In this document: one piece after another, positions 12,623 through 25,375 of the stretch
Position numbering within the stretch: position 1 is the stretch's first letter
Layout: every line of letters begins with the position of its first letter
Source of the DNA: Octopus sinensis
Lineage: Eukaryota
Direction of reading: 5' to 3'
Length of the DNA: 64,000 nt
Assembly: GCF_006345805.1 (NCBI RefSeq)
Contig: NC_043004.1
Location: 40,486,001 to 40,550,000 of the forward strand
The notes under the pieces: generated by a model
Told to the model about the DNA's origin: nothing
The model's input: only the letters and a program-made list of their open reading frames with translations
Databases searched by the model: none
Made by a program: the position numbers and the translations under genes

Positions 12623-13056
12623 GGATCTTTTCGGTTTGAACGGCAGTTTTTTCTAGTGGTGTCATATGAAATTGTCACCCATAATTATGACCCTAGTAAC
12701 GATCTATTGCATTTCAATCTGTTTCAGGGTTAGGGTTAGTTAGGGTTAGGGTTAGGGTTAGGGTTGGGGGAAGAGTATCTTTTTTTCTTCACAAATGTAA
12801 ATAAACCCAATCTGCTTCTTAAACTAGGGACATATTCATACGGCACAGAATGTTTTCTAACTCAATAGATCATTGATTGGTTGAAATTGCAGAAATTAAA
12901 GAAAAAAACAACTAATATCTTACAAACTATAGAATTTTCTCAATAAAGCCAAGAGAAAAAGATGTTTTATAAACACATTCTACCAGTATACGAAGTTTAA
13001 AATTTTTAGTTACCTAGAAATTATGTTAAAAACTGCCGTTCAAACCGAAAAGATCC
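12623..13056. mobile_element. MITE with ~28-bp TIRs, 8-bp TSD and internal TTAGGG array
   Basis: Perfect TIR GGATCTTTTCGGTTTGAACGGCAGTTTTT; flanks TTTCCCTC / TTTTCCTC; TTAGGG-type array 12724-12763. Confidence 0.9.
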
Positions 13057-13467
13057 TTTTCCTCTTTTAGCTGGGGCATCACCTTGAAGAATGTTTAGTT
13101 GAATGAATCAACCCCAGTACTTTTTTTCTTTTTTAAGCCAGGTACTTATTCTATTAGTCCCTATTGTCAAACCATAAGTTATCAGGATGTAAACAAACCA
13201 GCATCAGTTAAGTTGCAGTAGAGACAAACCCAGACACAAAGACACATACATGTATGTGTACACACACACACACACACACACACTTTTTCCAGTTTCCATC
13301 TACCAAACCCATTCACAAAGCTTTCATCAGCCCAAAGCCATGGTAGAAAACAGTTACCCAAGATGCCATGCAGTGGGATTGAACCCAGAACCATGTGGTT
13401 GGAAAGCAAACTTCTTACCACACAGCGAGGCCTATACATATCTACATATATATATGCATACATATAT

Positions 13468-13500
<33 letters not shown>

Positions 13501-13507
13501 GACACAG

Positions 13508-13562
<55 letters not shown>

Positions 13563-13799
13563 TACAAAAGCAAATGTATACGGGTATATGAATGTGTCCA
13601 CACATACATATACATGCATGTGTATATACACACACATTAATCCTATTGGATGGAGTAGATATCAACAATGCTGATTGGATCAGCATTGAATATTGCCAAC
13701 ATCCATTAGGATTAATGTCCACCCAGATAAAGGCAGGAAATCATATTATTGATCTAATGATACAGTTACTATGATATATATATATATATACACACACAC

Positions 13800-13830
<31 letters not shown>

Positions 13831-14594
13831 CATATATACATATACAAATAGGCATATACAGCAGACTCAACATATTTCTAAGGAAGTTTGTATCAAGCAT
13901 TTTAAGGTTGCTAGCATGAAAACATCACTGCACACACTAGTATGCATGCACACACACACACATGCACACACACACATGCACACACACACAAATACATGCA
14001 ATTTCAGAGTGGAAGGGGCACATTAGCCATTCAGAAGCGCATAAAGGTTGCTTCACTTAAACGCTGTTAGTAACCAGGTAGCAGTTTGTTACCATAAAAA
14101 TTTTAAACACACCGGACTACAAACAATAGATGTTTTAATCAGGTTAACAGTTTTTGTATGTCCTTGAATGGGACTGATATGTGTCTTGTATATTGCAATG
14201 CTTTAGTTTCAATATGCAATCTCAGATGAAAATATTTGCCATGCAAGTACATCTCCATAATAGGTATATATGATGGACTCTCCTGTTGATGATGATGTAT
14301 AAGTGTTCAGCTTTTGCCAAACGACCTGCACAAAGGATTTGTTTATAGCGATCAAATGTTCGTGCTGCTCATTAGCTTATTCTCTCCTTCAAATTGACAT
14401 TCAGTTCTATATTTAAGAGATAAGGAATTATGTACATTATTTAAATCATTTATATTTGATTTAGTTATCAAAAACAAACACATCTGAAACAGCTGTAGTG
14501 AACCTCAGCCTGTTTGTGCTATTTAATATCATCATCATCATCATCATCATCATCATCGTTTAGCATCCGCTTTCCATGCTAGCACATATATATA

Positions 14595-14965
14595 TCATCA
14601 TCATCATCGTTTAACGTCCGCTTTCCATGCTAGCATGGGTTGGACGGTTCAACTGGGGTCTGAGAAACCAGAAGGCTGCACCAGGCCCAGTCTGATCTGG
14701 CAGTGTTTCTATAGCTGGATGCCCTTCCTAACACCAACCACTCCGTGAGTGTGGTGGATGCTTTTTATGTACCACCGGCACAGATGTCAGACGAGGCTGG
14801 CAACAGCCACGATCAGATGGTGCTTTTTACATGCCACCGGCATGGAGGCCAGTTGGGACGACGCTGGCAACAGCCACATTTGGATGGTTCTTTTACATGC
14901 CACCAGCACTGGTATCACAGCTACAATTTCCATTGATTTTGATCGATTTCACTTGCCTCAACAGG
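14595..14965 (-). mobile_element. RTE LINE 3'-UTR-derived copy
   Basis: Reverse complement matches 4060-4414 and 20430-20626. Confidence 0.85.
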
Positions 14966-15010
14966 TCTTTGCAAGTAGAGTTTTGTGTCACAAGAAGGAA
15001 AGGTATGCAT

Positions 15011-15042
<32 letters not shown>

Positions 15043-15049
<7 letters not shown>

Positions 15050-16123
15050 TGAAAACTGAAAATGCAAATCTTAGGCAGTCAAACAGATTTCCAGACACAT
15101 AAATGAAAACATTCATTCAAAGTAGTTTGAATCGTATATATTTATACACATCAACATAAATCAGGCATGTACAGGCATGAAGATTCTCCAAGGCCATAAA
15201 GAATAAAACCAAACATACATAAAAATATATAAAAATACATATAAAATTACATATAAATAAAAATTACATGTAAGAAGATATGCATGATAAATATAGGAGG
15301 TGCATTGCATATATGGAGTATTTAAGTTTGAACCGTGACCGGAAATATACCCTTGAAATGGCTGTAGATGGAACATCCTCCAATTTTTGGATCCTATTTT
15401 GTTTATGTTTTTTTAACCTTGATATCTAGTGTAATTTCTACCTTGCATTTTATATATATAAGTGATATTTAGACGATTTAGGCAGTTTGCCATTATAAAA
15501 ACTGACGTTTTTATTCCTATATTTGTTCCTTCTCGAGCAATGCCTGGCTCATAAGGGCCAGTTTCTCGGTTTCTTGGCATATAGGTTCCCCACCTGGACG
15601 GGACGCTGGTCCATTGCAGGTGAGCTGCAAGATGCAGGAGGAAAGATGAGAGAAAGTTGTGGCGAAAGAATCAGCAGGAGTTTCGCATTACCTTCTGCCG
15701 GAGCTGTTTCGTTCATAAACACACACATTGCCCGGTCTGAGATTCAAACCCACGATCCCTCGACCGCGAGTCTGCTGCTCTAACCATTAGGCCATGTGCC
15801 TCCACATTCCTATTCCTATATTTATCAACCTCTCATTTGTTCTGCACCTCCTAAATTTATCATGCATAACTCCTTACATGTAATTTTTATTTATATGTAA
15901 TCTTATATGTATTTTTATATATTTTTATATTTCTTCTATATTTTTATGTATGTTTGGTTTTATTATTTATGGCCTTGGAGAATCTTCATGCCTGCATATA
16001 CATGATCTATGCTGATGCGTATAAATATATACGATTCAATTACATTGATTGAATGTTTACATTTATGCATTTGCAAATTTGTTTTGACTGCCTAAGATTT
16101 GCATTTTCAGTTTTCTCTACTCT
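15043..16123. mobile_element. Foldback element with ~260-280-bp inverted arms
   Basis: 15043-15304 is a diverged reverse complement of 15843-16123; non-coding spacer carries a SINE insertion. Confidence 0.75.
15525..15810 (-). mobile_element. SINE family C (V-like) with 13-bp TSD
   Basis: Reverse complement of 8907-9212; TSD TATTCCTATATTT at 15512-15524 and 15811-15823. Confidence 0.85.
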
Positions 16124-16177
16124 ATATTTTTTTGCATTGGCTCTCTATGAGCACTCTGTAAACAGCCCATACATTTC

Positions 16178-16220
<43 letters not shown>

Positions 16221-17113
16221 TCCTATCTCTCTCTCTAAAAAATTTAACCTTAGGCTACCTCAAGCCGTAATCCCATCTTTCCCCATCTTTCCGGCATCGG
16301 CGGTCTTTCCTCCTCTTCTTCTTCTTATGCTAAAACTTGAAAATCGCCATTACCATTACGATTCTACAATTTAAATTCCCAATTCAACTTACTTTCTTCT
16401 TCAATTTCAACTCCCGGTCGATGCCCGCAGCAAGTTCTTAAAAATTTATCTTACTATTTTTATTTTTCCATACATAGCGCGACATACATTCATTCGTTGT
16501 TACTACGTTTATTCATACATTGATAACTTGATTCACCCCCACCACCAATACCGGTGAACACTGTTCTCACCGCCACCACCAATACCGGTGAACACTGTTC
16601 TCACCCCCACCACCAATACCAGTATACCCTGTTCTCACCATCTACACCGGATACGCCCTACTCATCTACACCGGATACGCCCTACTCCCTCCTCCTCCCC
16701 CCACTACCCCTTCTCCTCATATGCTTTCACTGTGAAAAGACAAGCTGCTAGCGCCATAGCTCATCAACTGCCCACCGATCTTACGCTTCCTCCTGACACT
16801 GCCTCAATCCGACCATCCCCTTTTAGTACCCTCCCGCCTCGTAATATCCTACGTTTTTATTTCTTACGAACCTACACCAACCCTTCCTGCCATCGTTCCT
16901 CCTTACCCCAACCTTCCCCACTGGTTGCTCCCCTATATTACCCCACCACCCTCTACTATCTCTCCTCTCTTTCACTGGTGAAACTTTCTCAACTGGACCC
17001 CCCCCCCTCCCCAACTCAACTCTAGAATATCTGTATTTCTTTCCTCTACCTAATTACGTTACTCAGTGACGATAACGAATGTCCACTGCTAACACCAGCT
17101 CCTGCCCACGCGC

Positions 17114-17923
17114 GTGGTCAGGTTGGAAGAGAGATCAAAAAAAAAATACCACGAAAACTATCACCACCACAACAACCCTCCTCTTCTCAGGCGCCGAATC
17201 CCCCGTCCCCCCCACATCTCCTTCCCAGTTTTCAGAGTTGGCACTATCAATGTTGGTACATTGACAGGCAAGTCTAGTGAGATTGTAGAGATGCTAGAGA
17301 GAAAACAGGTTGATGTATGCTGCATACAAGAGGTAAGATGGAGAGATGCTTCGGCTAGGGTCCTCACGGGCAAGGCACTTAGGTACAAACTCTACTGGCA
17401 AGGTAACGCGGAAGGTGTAGGGGGTGTAGGCATTCTCCTTGCGGAGGAATGGGTGGATAAGGTCATAGAGGTTGTCAGGGTTTGTGATGAGGTGCTTAAG
17501 CTCAGGTTGGTCCTACAGAGTGGCACAGCTATGATTATCTCAGCCTATGCCCCACAAGCGGGACTACCAAATGATCAGAAGGACAACTTTTATGATATCC
17601 TTCTGCAGGCTACTTCAAAGACTAGTAACAAGGACCTCATCTTTGTAGGTGGAGATTTTAATGGGCATGTTGGGCGGGAATCGGGTATCTTCACTGGGGT
17701 ACATGGTGGCTATGGTATGTGCACCAGAAATGATGAGGGAACTAGACTGCTGGAATTCTGTGATGCATGTAACCTTTCAATCTGCAACACTAACTTCAAG
17801 AAGCCAGTCTGCCACCTTATAACTTATCAGTCAGGAGACTCCGCTAGCCAAATAGACTTCATCCTCACCAGACAACGGGATGCAGGGTTGCTCTTGAATA
17901 CAAAGACCCTCCCGGTGGGGTGA
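17114..17923 (+). pseudogene. RTE apurinic-like endonuclease domain (ORF fragment)
   Basis: RVGTINVGTL, CCIQEVRW, SAYAPQ, GGDFNGHVG, QIDFIL motifs. Confidence 0.92.
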
Positions 17924-18171
17924 AGAATGTATCCCTCAGCATAGACTAATCATCAGTGACTTTAAGCTTGAGGCCAGAAGGACCCAAGAAACAAACCAAT
18001 CCAGAAAAGAAGGATTTGGAGGCTAAAGAACCCTTCGCATGGTCAGAAATTTAGGGACATACTCATCAAGAAATTTGATGAGAGGGAGGAGGAGCTTCAG
18101 ACGTCAGACATAGAAGGTAGCTGGGAATTCCTACGGGACAGCTTGCTGAGTGCCACAGACCAAGTCTGTGG

Positions 18172-18627
18172 ATGGTGCAAAGTCCCTTCCAGACTAGAAT
18201 TACGTGGTGGTGGAATAGTGCAGTAGATAAAGCCATCTGTGAAAAGAGACGGGCCTGGAAAGCCTGGAAGGATGGGGGCAGCAGGGAACTGTACCAGATA
18301 GCCAAAAGGGAGGCTGGGCGGCAGGTATACATTGCCAAAGATGTAGCAGAAAAGAAGAAGTTTGCCAATGTCCAGCGTCGCGAGGATCAAAGAGCTGAAG
18401 TATTTCGGATTGCCAGACAGTGTGTCAGAGAAAATAGCGATGTTATAGGAGAGAAATGTGTCCGCATGGATGATGGGGCACTTGCTTTTACTACTAGTGA
18501 AAAGAAAGAGGCTTGGAGAAGCCATTATGAAAGACTGCTGAATGAGGAGAATGAATGGGAGGAGGAGAGCCTGCCAAATGTTGACCCAGTAGAGGGACCA
18601 GCTACCCGAATAGACAGCTCCCTGTAG
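18172..18627 (+). pseudogene. RTE inter-domain linker (ORF fragment)
   Basis: TWWWNSAVDKAI...W..HYERLLNEE, typical of RTE ORF2 between EN and RT. Confidence 0.8.
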
Positions 18628-18644
18628 ATAAGGCAATTAAGGAT

Positions 18645-19535
18645 ATGAAACCAGGCAAAGCCCCTGGCCTATCAGGAATCACTGCTGAGATGCTTAAAAC
18701 AGCTGGCTATGTGGGCTATGCCATAGTCACCCGCATTGTAAACCAGGTAGTTCACAATGGTGTCATACCCAATGACTGGTGCAGCAGCACCATAGTCAAC
18801 TGCTACAAGGGTAAGGGTGATGCTCTAGATAGAAATAACTACAGAGGTATCAAACTGTTGGACCAGGTGATGAAGGTCTCAGTGAAGGTCATAACCAATC
18901 TCATTAGGCAGAGAATTTGTTTAGATGAAATGCAGTTCGGTTTTGTACCAGGTAGAAGCACCACTGATGCTATATTCCTGGTCCGACAACTGCAGGAGAA
19001 GTACCTAGCTAAAGATAAATCCCTCTACATAGCTTTTGTAGACTTGGAGAAAGCCTTTGACAGGGTTCCCCGTTCCCTTATCTGGTGGTCGATGCGGAAA
19101 CTGGAGATTGAAGAATGGCTAATAAGGGCTGTACAGGCTCTATACAGAGAGGCTGTCAGCAAGGTTAGGATTGGCAACGAATATAGTGAAGAATTCCGGG
19201 TAGAAGTAGGTGTGCACCAGGGCTCAGCCCTCAGTCCCCTTTTATTCATCATAGTCCTTCAGGCAATAACAGAGGAATTCAAAACGGGATGCCCCTGGGA
19301 GCTCCTCTATGCCGATGACCTAGCTCTCATAGCAGAATCACTACCGGAACTAGAAGAGAAATTTCGGGTGTGGAAGCAAGGGTTGGAATCAAAGGGCCTT
19401 AGAATAAATGTAGCAAAGACCAAAGTATTAGTAAGCAGCAAGAGGTACTCAGCACACACCCCCTCGGTAGGTGGCCCTGCTCAACCTGTAGGAAAGGTAC
19501 AGGTAGAGAAACTCCATAAGATGCACCCAATGTAA
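18645..19535 (+). pseudogene. RTE reverse transcriptase domain (ORF fragment)
   Basis: KAPG, NYRGIKLL, QFGF, DLEKAFD, GVHQGSALSPLLF, LLYADDL motifs. Confidence 0.95.
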
Positions 19536-19839
19536 GTTATGGACACATAAGAGGTGCAGCAACATTAAGGGGAAATGGGAATTAACAGATAAGATAGCTT
19601 TCATGTGCGGCAGATGCACAGGACAATAGACACAACAGACACTCAGAAAACAGATTCATCACACTCCAGGGAGAGAAACTAGAAGTAGTTGATAGTTTCC
19701 GCTACCTGGGTGACCAAGTTAGTAGCGGAGGTGGATGCACAGAGAGTATCACCACTAGAATACGAATAGCTGGGCAAAGTTCAGAAAGCTCCTACCCCTA
19801 CTGGCAACAAAAGGTCTCTCCCTCAGAGCAAAAGGTAGA

Positions 19840-20240
19840 TTGTATGATGCATGTGTGCGAACTGCCATGCTTCACGGTAATGAAACATGGGCTGTGACTG
19901 CAGAAAACATGCGTAGACTTGAAAGAAATGAAGCTAGCATGATCCGCTGGTGTAGTGTCAGTGTGCATGCAAGACAGAGTGTAAGCATCCTGAGAGAAAT
20001 GCTGGATATAGAAGCATCAGATGTGGTGTGCAAGAGCGACGCTTGCGATGGTATGGTCATGTGCTGCGGATGGATGAAGAGAGATGTGTGAAGAAGTGCC
20101 ACTCCCAAACAGTTGAAGGTATCAGGGGGAGAGGTAGACCCAGGAAGACATGGGATGAGGTGTCAAGCATGACCTCAGAGCATTGGGCCTCACTGAGGCA
20201 ATGGCGAAGGACCGAGATCTCTGGAGATATGCTGTGACTA
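19840..20240 (+). pseudogene. RTE C-terminal region (frameshifted fragments)
   Basis: LHGNETWA, RRLRWYGHVLRM, RGRGRPRKTW motifs. Confidence 0.85.
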
Positions 20241-20291
20241 CAAAGACCCGGGCTGCTTTCTGCAGCAATTCCACATACCCCTACCCATTCT

Positions 20292-20358
20292 AAGTACCCC
20301 GGATCCCCAAAGTACCCTGGATCCCCAAAGTACCCCGATCCCCAAAGTACCCCGGACC
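20292..20358 (+). repeat. 18-bp tandem repeat in the RTE 3' UTR
   Basis: AAGTACCCCGGATCCCCA, about 3.7 copies. Confidence 0.85.
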
Positions 20359-20724
20359 TCGTGCCCCCGTGCCGCTGACACGTTAAAAGCTCAAACCGAT
20401 CGTGACCGATGCCGGACCCTCCGGCCCCTGTGCAGGTGGCACGTAAAAAGCACCCAATCCACTCACAGAGTGGTTGGCGTTAGGAAGGGCATCCAGCCGT
20501 AGAAACTCTGCCAGATTCAGACTGGAGCCTGGAGCGGCCCCTGGCTTCCCAGACCCGGTTCGAACCGTCCAACCCGTGCTAGCGCGGAAAGCGGACGTTA
20601 AACGATGATGATGATGATGATGATGATATATATATATGATAGATCGTTAGCCACTACACATATTTTTTTCTCTCCTTCTTTCCCTCCTTATTTTTTCTGT
20701 GTCCCTTTCTGTAGAAGAGCATAA

Positions 20725-21052
20725 GTCGACCCCAGGACTTATTCTTTGTAAGCCTAGTACTTATTCTATCGGTCTCTTTTGCCAAACGCTAAGTTACGGG
20801 GACGTAAACACACCAGCATCGGTTGTCAAGTGATGTTGGGGCAACAAATACAGACACACAAACACACACACATATATATACATATATACAACAGACTTCT
20901 TTCAGTTTCCATCTACCGAATCCACTCACAAGGCTTTGGTTGGCCCGAGGCTATAGTAGAAGACACTTGCCCAAGGAGCCACACAGTGGGACTGAACCCG
21001 GAACCATGTGGTTTGTAAGCAAGCTACTAACCACACAGCCACTCCTACGCCT
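20725..21052 (-). mobile_element. SINE family A
   Basis: Reverse complement of family A head and body. Confidence 0.8.
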
Positions 21053-22049
21053 ATATATATATATAAATTACCCTTACAGTTTGAAAAATTCAGGAAAAAC
21101 AAAATATAGATGACTCAGGAGGTTGCATGCAATCAATGGAGCTCAAACGGAAATGTTCTGATATTTTTAACCAAACTTTATTTATTTGCCTGTGTTTTCC
21201 AATAAACTCTGTAGAAGTATCCTTATTTCTTTTCTGAATTTCTCAAATTTTAAAAGTAATTTATGAACACACTGTGTGTGTGTGTGTGCATATGTGTCTG
21301 TGTGTGTGTATATGTACATATATAAATTCTTTGAAAGTGTTTATCCACCAATGCAGTATGGAATACTCATTTTCACTGTTCCACACTAATGTTCTCTTCT
21401 ATTATTAAAATTCCCCCCAACTCCACTGTGCTCAACCATACCCCACCATCTTTAAAAAGAAAAGGCAAAGAATGGATAATATAATGTAGTCCTACATACA
21501 ATACGTCTGCAAAAAAGAAAAGCAGAAAAGAAAACAATAAGGAAAACCAGGATGGTTATGGCTGAAATGTCATTGATCAATAAGGGCTGGTCTGGTGCTA
21601 AACAAAATGGCCAATAATAATCCAGTGACTAGAACCAGTAAAAGAATAAAAGAATACAGGCATTCACATTTTTTTTATATATATCTATAATGCCATTGTA
21701 TGTCCATTTTCTTTTTCCGCTTGGCTGAGCTGGTTGATTAATTTTGTTTGGGACAATTGTATTTTCACAGCTGGGTGACTTTTTTTTTCATTGTTAACCA
21801 TTCAACTGGGAAGTAGGCAGTCAACACCTTTTTTATGTCAGGTAAATTGGAATGTGTATAGTTTTGATTGGAATTAGTCATTTATTTAAGGCATTAGTGT
21901 GGTTGAGTGGTTAAGAAATTTGTTTCCCAACTATGTGGTCTTAGGTTCAGTTCCACTGTGCTACGCCTTAGTCAAGTGTCTTCTATTATAGCCCCAGGCT
22001 GACCAAGGTCTTGTGAGTGAATTTGGTAGATGGAAACTGAAAGAATCCT

Positions 22050-22094
<45 letters not shown>

Positions 22095-22097
<3 letters not shown>

Positions 22098-22808
22098 ATA
22101 TGATGGATAAATTGTCACCATTTTAAGTTTTTAATTTCACACATGCGCATCGTTTGTTTTTGATTTTATCAACTACACAGTATAGTAGGGTCAGTTGGGC
22201 ACCATCTGTGAGAAAAACAGCACCATGATGCAATTTACTCTGCCAGAAATTTGGAAACAACATGCTCTACTGCTTGGCATTTGCACAGGAAGCTCCAATA
22301 TGAACATTTCAGAGTGTTTGAACATCCAGTCAGCATCGTGGTGTTTGGAGTGATCACAAATGATGACGATGTGATCTTCCATTCATCTTTTCACATGACC
22401 TCCTATTCAACACAGAGGCCTACATCATGTGCCTGGAGGAGGTAGTGCTGCCCTGGGTCAAGAGGGTGGTTGATGGAAGACCCAATGTCTGGCAACAGGA
22501 CGCTGCACCATGCCACACTAACAGAAGAACCCAGTCATGGCTGTTAGACAACTTCTGCGACCACATCATCCCTGACATCTGGTGGTAACTGCAACTGCCT
22601 TAATTATTATGTGTGGGGTGCAGTTAAGAGATTCTGAAGTCATCTGGAGGCAGTGGTTGAAGCCAATGGCTATTTTATTGAATAAATTTACTCTTTAGCA
22701 TTTCAGGATATTTTTATGTAATCTTGGTAAGTATATCTGTTAAAATGAGATGTCAGTATTCTCGCATTTTTGCGTAATTTAGATGACAGTTTATTCATCG
22801 CAGCCTGT
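22095..22808 (+). mobile_element. Internally deleted DD37D (maT-like) Tc1/mariner transposon
   Basis: HPVSIVVFGVI, WQQDAAPCH remnants; ends homologous to 54733-55478. Confidence 0.75.
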
Positions 22809-22880
22809 GTAGAGGCTTTTACATGCCGAAGACTACTTGGTGTAATTGATAATTATTCCAAATAATTAATTTCACCCTTC

Positions 22881-22961
<81 letters not shown>

Positions 22962-23000
22962 TATACATATATATATATTATATATATATATATATATATA

Positions 23001-23940
23001 GTAAAGAAAAATAAGTTGGCTAGCAGCAAGCTGTTTCGCCTCATACCAAAGGAATTAGAAATGGCAGTCAAAGACCGTTTTTTCCATTTCTATAAGTGGA
23101 GATTCCAAAAAACGAAGGCCCGGTTTTGTGTATGTGAGCCGCAAGGGCCTTCGTTTTTTGGAATCTCCACTTATAGAAATGGAAAAAACGGTCTTTGACT
23201 GCCATTTCTAATTCCTTCGGTATGAGGCGAAACAGCTTGCTGCTAGCCAACTTATTTTTCTTTACTATATACTGAACCTTACAAAGGTCTTGACAATTAT
23301 TTTGTCGTATTTACATACCGAAATTTACCGGTAAATAATTGTTGGTTACATGAAAAACCACAGGAAAATTATTTACCATTTTTATTGTATTACCATGTGG
23401 ATTCCTCATTCCATTACGATTACCCAGAAGGCGCGCATGGCAGAAATTTGGAGGGAAAATTTACGTTCCCAGTCATTACTTGGTTTTAACATCTGCGCAC
23501 TTCCCCCCACTATCTGATGTCGCGGGGTCAGAAGTGAGGGCTGGTGGCATTTGATAAAGCTATCGAATATAGCGCTGATGACGGAATTCAAACTCCCCTT
23601 TTTTTATATGTTTGTGATCCAGAAACACCGTGTTCGCTATTAACGGTAAGTGACTGAATTCGTATATTTGCCACTCCGGTTTTGTGTATGTGAGCCGCAA
23701 GGGCCTTCGTTTTTTGGAATCTCCACTTATAGAAATGGAAAAAACGGTCTTTGACTGCCATTTCTAATTCCTTCGGTATGAGGCGAAACAGCTGCTGCTA
23801 GCCCACTTATTTTTCTTTACTATATACTGAACCTTACAAAGGTCTTGACAATTATTTTGTCGTATTTACATACCGAAATTTACCGGTAAATAATTGTTGG
23901 TTACATGAAAAACCACAGGAAAATTATTTACCATTTTTAT

Positions 23941-23941
<1 letters not shown>
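23001..23941 (+). mobile_element. Hammerhead-bearing partial-tandem element (556-bp period) with inverted 5' arm, in (TA)n
   Basis: Inverted arm 23001-23121 vs 23145-23265; direct repeats 23120-23386 and 23676-23941; hammerhead 23569-23640; long TA tracts on both sides. Confidence 0.85.
23569..23640 (+). ncRNA. Type I hammerhead ribozyme motif
   Basis: AUAGCG-CUGAUGA-C-GGA..CAAAC(loop)GUUUG..UCC-A-GAAA-CAC-C-GUG-U-U-CGCUAU; 6-bp stem I, intact core. Confidence 0.75.
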
Positions 23942-23976
<35 letters not shown>

Positions 23977-24023
23977 ATGTATATGTATGTATATGTACAT
24001 ATATGTATATATATATATATGTA

Positions 24024-24057
<34 letters not shown>

Positions 24058-24096
24058 TATATACACATATATATATATAATATATATATATATATA

Positions 24097-24155
<59 letters not shown>

Positions 24156-24175
24156 GTATATGTATGTATATGTAC

Positions 24176-24219
<44 letters not shown>

Positions 24220-24283
24220 ATGTATACACACATATATATATATACATATTATATATATATATATGTATATATATATTATATAT

Positions 24284-24328
<45 letters not shown>

Positions 24329-24368
24329 CATATATATATATAATATATATATATATATGTATACACAC

Positions 24369-24400
<32 letters not shown>

Positions 24401-24435
24401 GTATATATAATATATATAATATATATATATATACA

Positions 24436-24478
<43 letters not shown>

Positions 24479-24495
24479 TATATATATATATACAC

Positions 24496-24580
<85 letters not shown>
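23940..24580. repeat. Long imperfect (TA)n/(CA)n microsatellite
   Basis: Direct inspection. Confidence 0.95.
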
Positions 24581-24581
<1 letters not shown>

Positions 24582-25333
24582 CATGCTCATCATCATCTAA
24601 TGCTCATTTTCTGTGCTGGCACAGGTTGGTGGGTTTGACCAGAGGCTCAGTTCAAATTCCACTGAGGTAGACATTACTTTTCGTCCTTTTGAGATCAACA
24701 AAATAAGTACCAGTTATGCACTGGGGTTGATGCCTTACTCCCAAAATTTGTTCTTATAGAAGAGAGGATTATTATTATCATTATTATTAACAACAATAAT
24801 AATAAAAGGAACATTTGTAATAGTAGCAATAAAAATACACAGTAAGAAGATGTGCAACATGACATACAACAAAATACAGAACAACTCTGCCCATTGATCT
24901 GAGCAACACTTTGACTCCATGGCTGTTCCAAAATGCAAAATGTAAAATACACAGAAATACAGAAACTTAAAATATCTTGCATGCCATTCAAGACAAAACG
25001 ACATTGTCAATCTTTGCTTTCTCATAACTGGTAACAAGGAAAAAGAAAACAATAAAAAAAAGAAATAAGAAAAAAGAAAATAGGAAAGAAGACTTTTTAT
25101 CAAAAGGTTTTTGTGTAAATGTGATGGAAATTGCCTGTTATTTTGTTTATTCATCCAGAATGTACTGTTAGTAATTCTCAAATATATTTATCCAGGTGTT
25201 TTCAGGATTGAAATTGCAGTGGAGTAAGAATATTTTTTGGGAATGTGATCTTTCAGATGTTCCTCAAATTTACACCTGTTTGATATATACTATTTGAGAA
25301 GGACAGTCAAACTATCATTATTGTGCCAGGCAT

Positions 25334-25375
<42 letters not shown>

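Larger units (their letters stand above)
16220..20626 (+). mobile_element. Near full-length RTE-clade LINE (frameshifted)
   Basis: C-rich 5' region with short tandem repeats, APE + RT coding remnants, 3' UTR and (GAT)n tail; TA tracts on both sides. 5' boundary uncertain. Confidence 0.9.

Noticed and set aside
12724-12763. True telomere or chromosome-fusion scar
   Set aside because: Short array inside a TIR/TSD-bounded MITE present twice.
15995-16055. Hammerhead in the foldback arms (CUGAUGC-GUAUA/UAUAC-GAUU)
   Set aside because: Lacks A9, GAAA and a stem I.
23016-23250. Twin MASSKLFRLIPKELE ORFs on opposite strands
   Set aside because: A by-product of the DNA palindrome; 60 aa, non-ATG starts, no recognisable domain.
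23924-24600. Y/I/H/T/C/V-rich ORFs here and throughout the ORF track
   Set aside because: Translations of (TA)n, (CA)n and (TG)n microsatellites.
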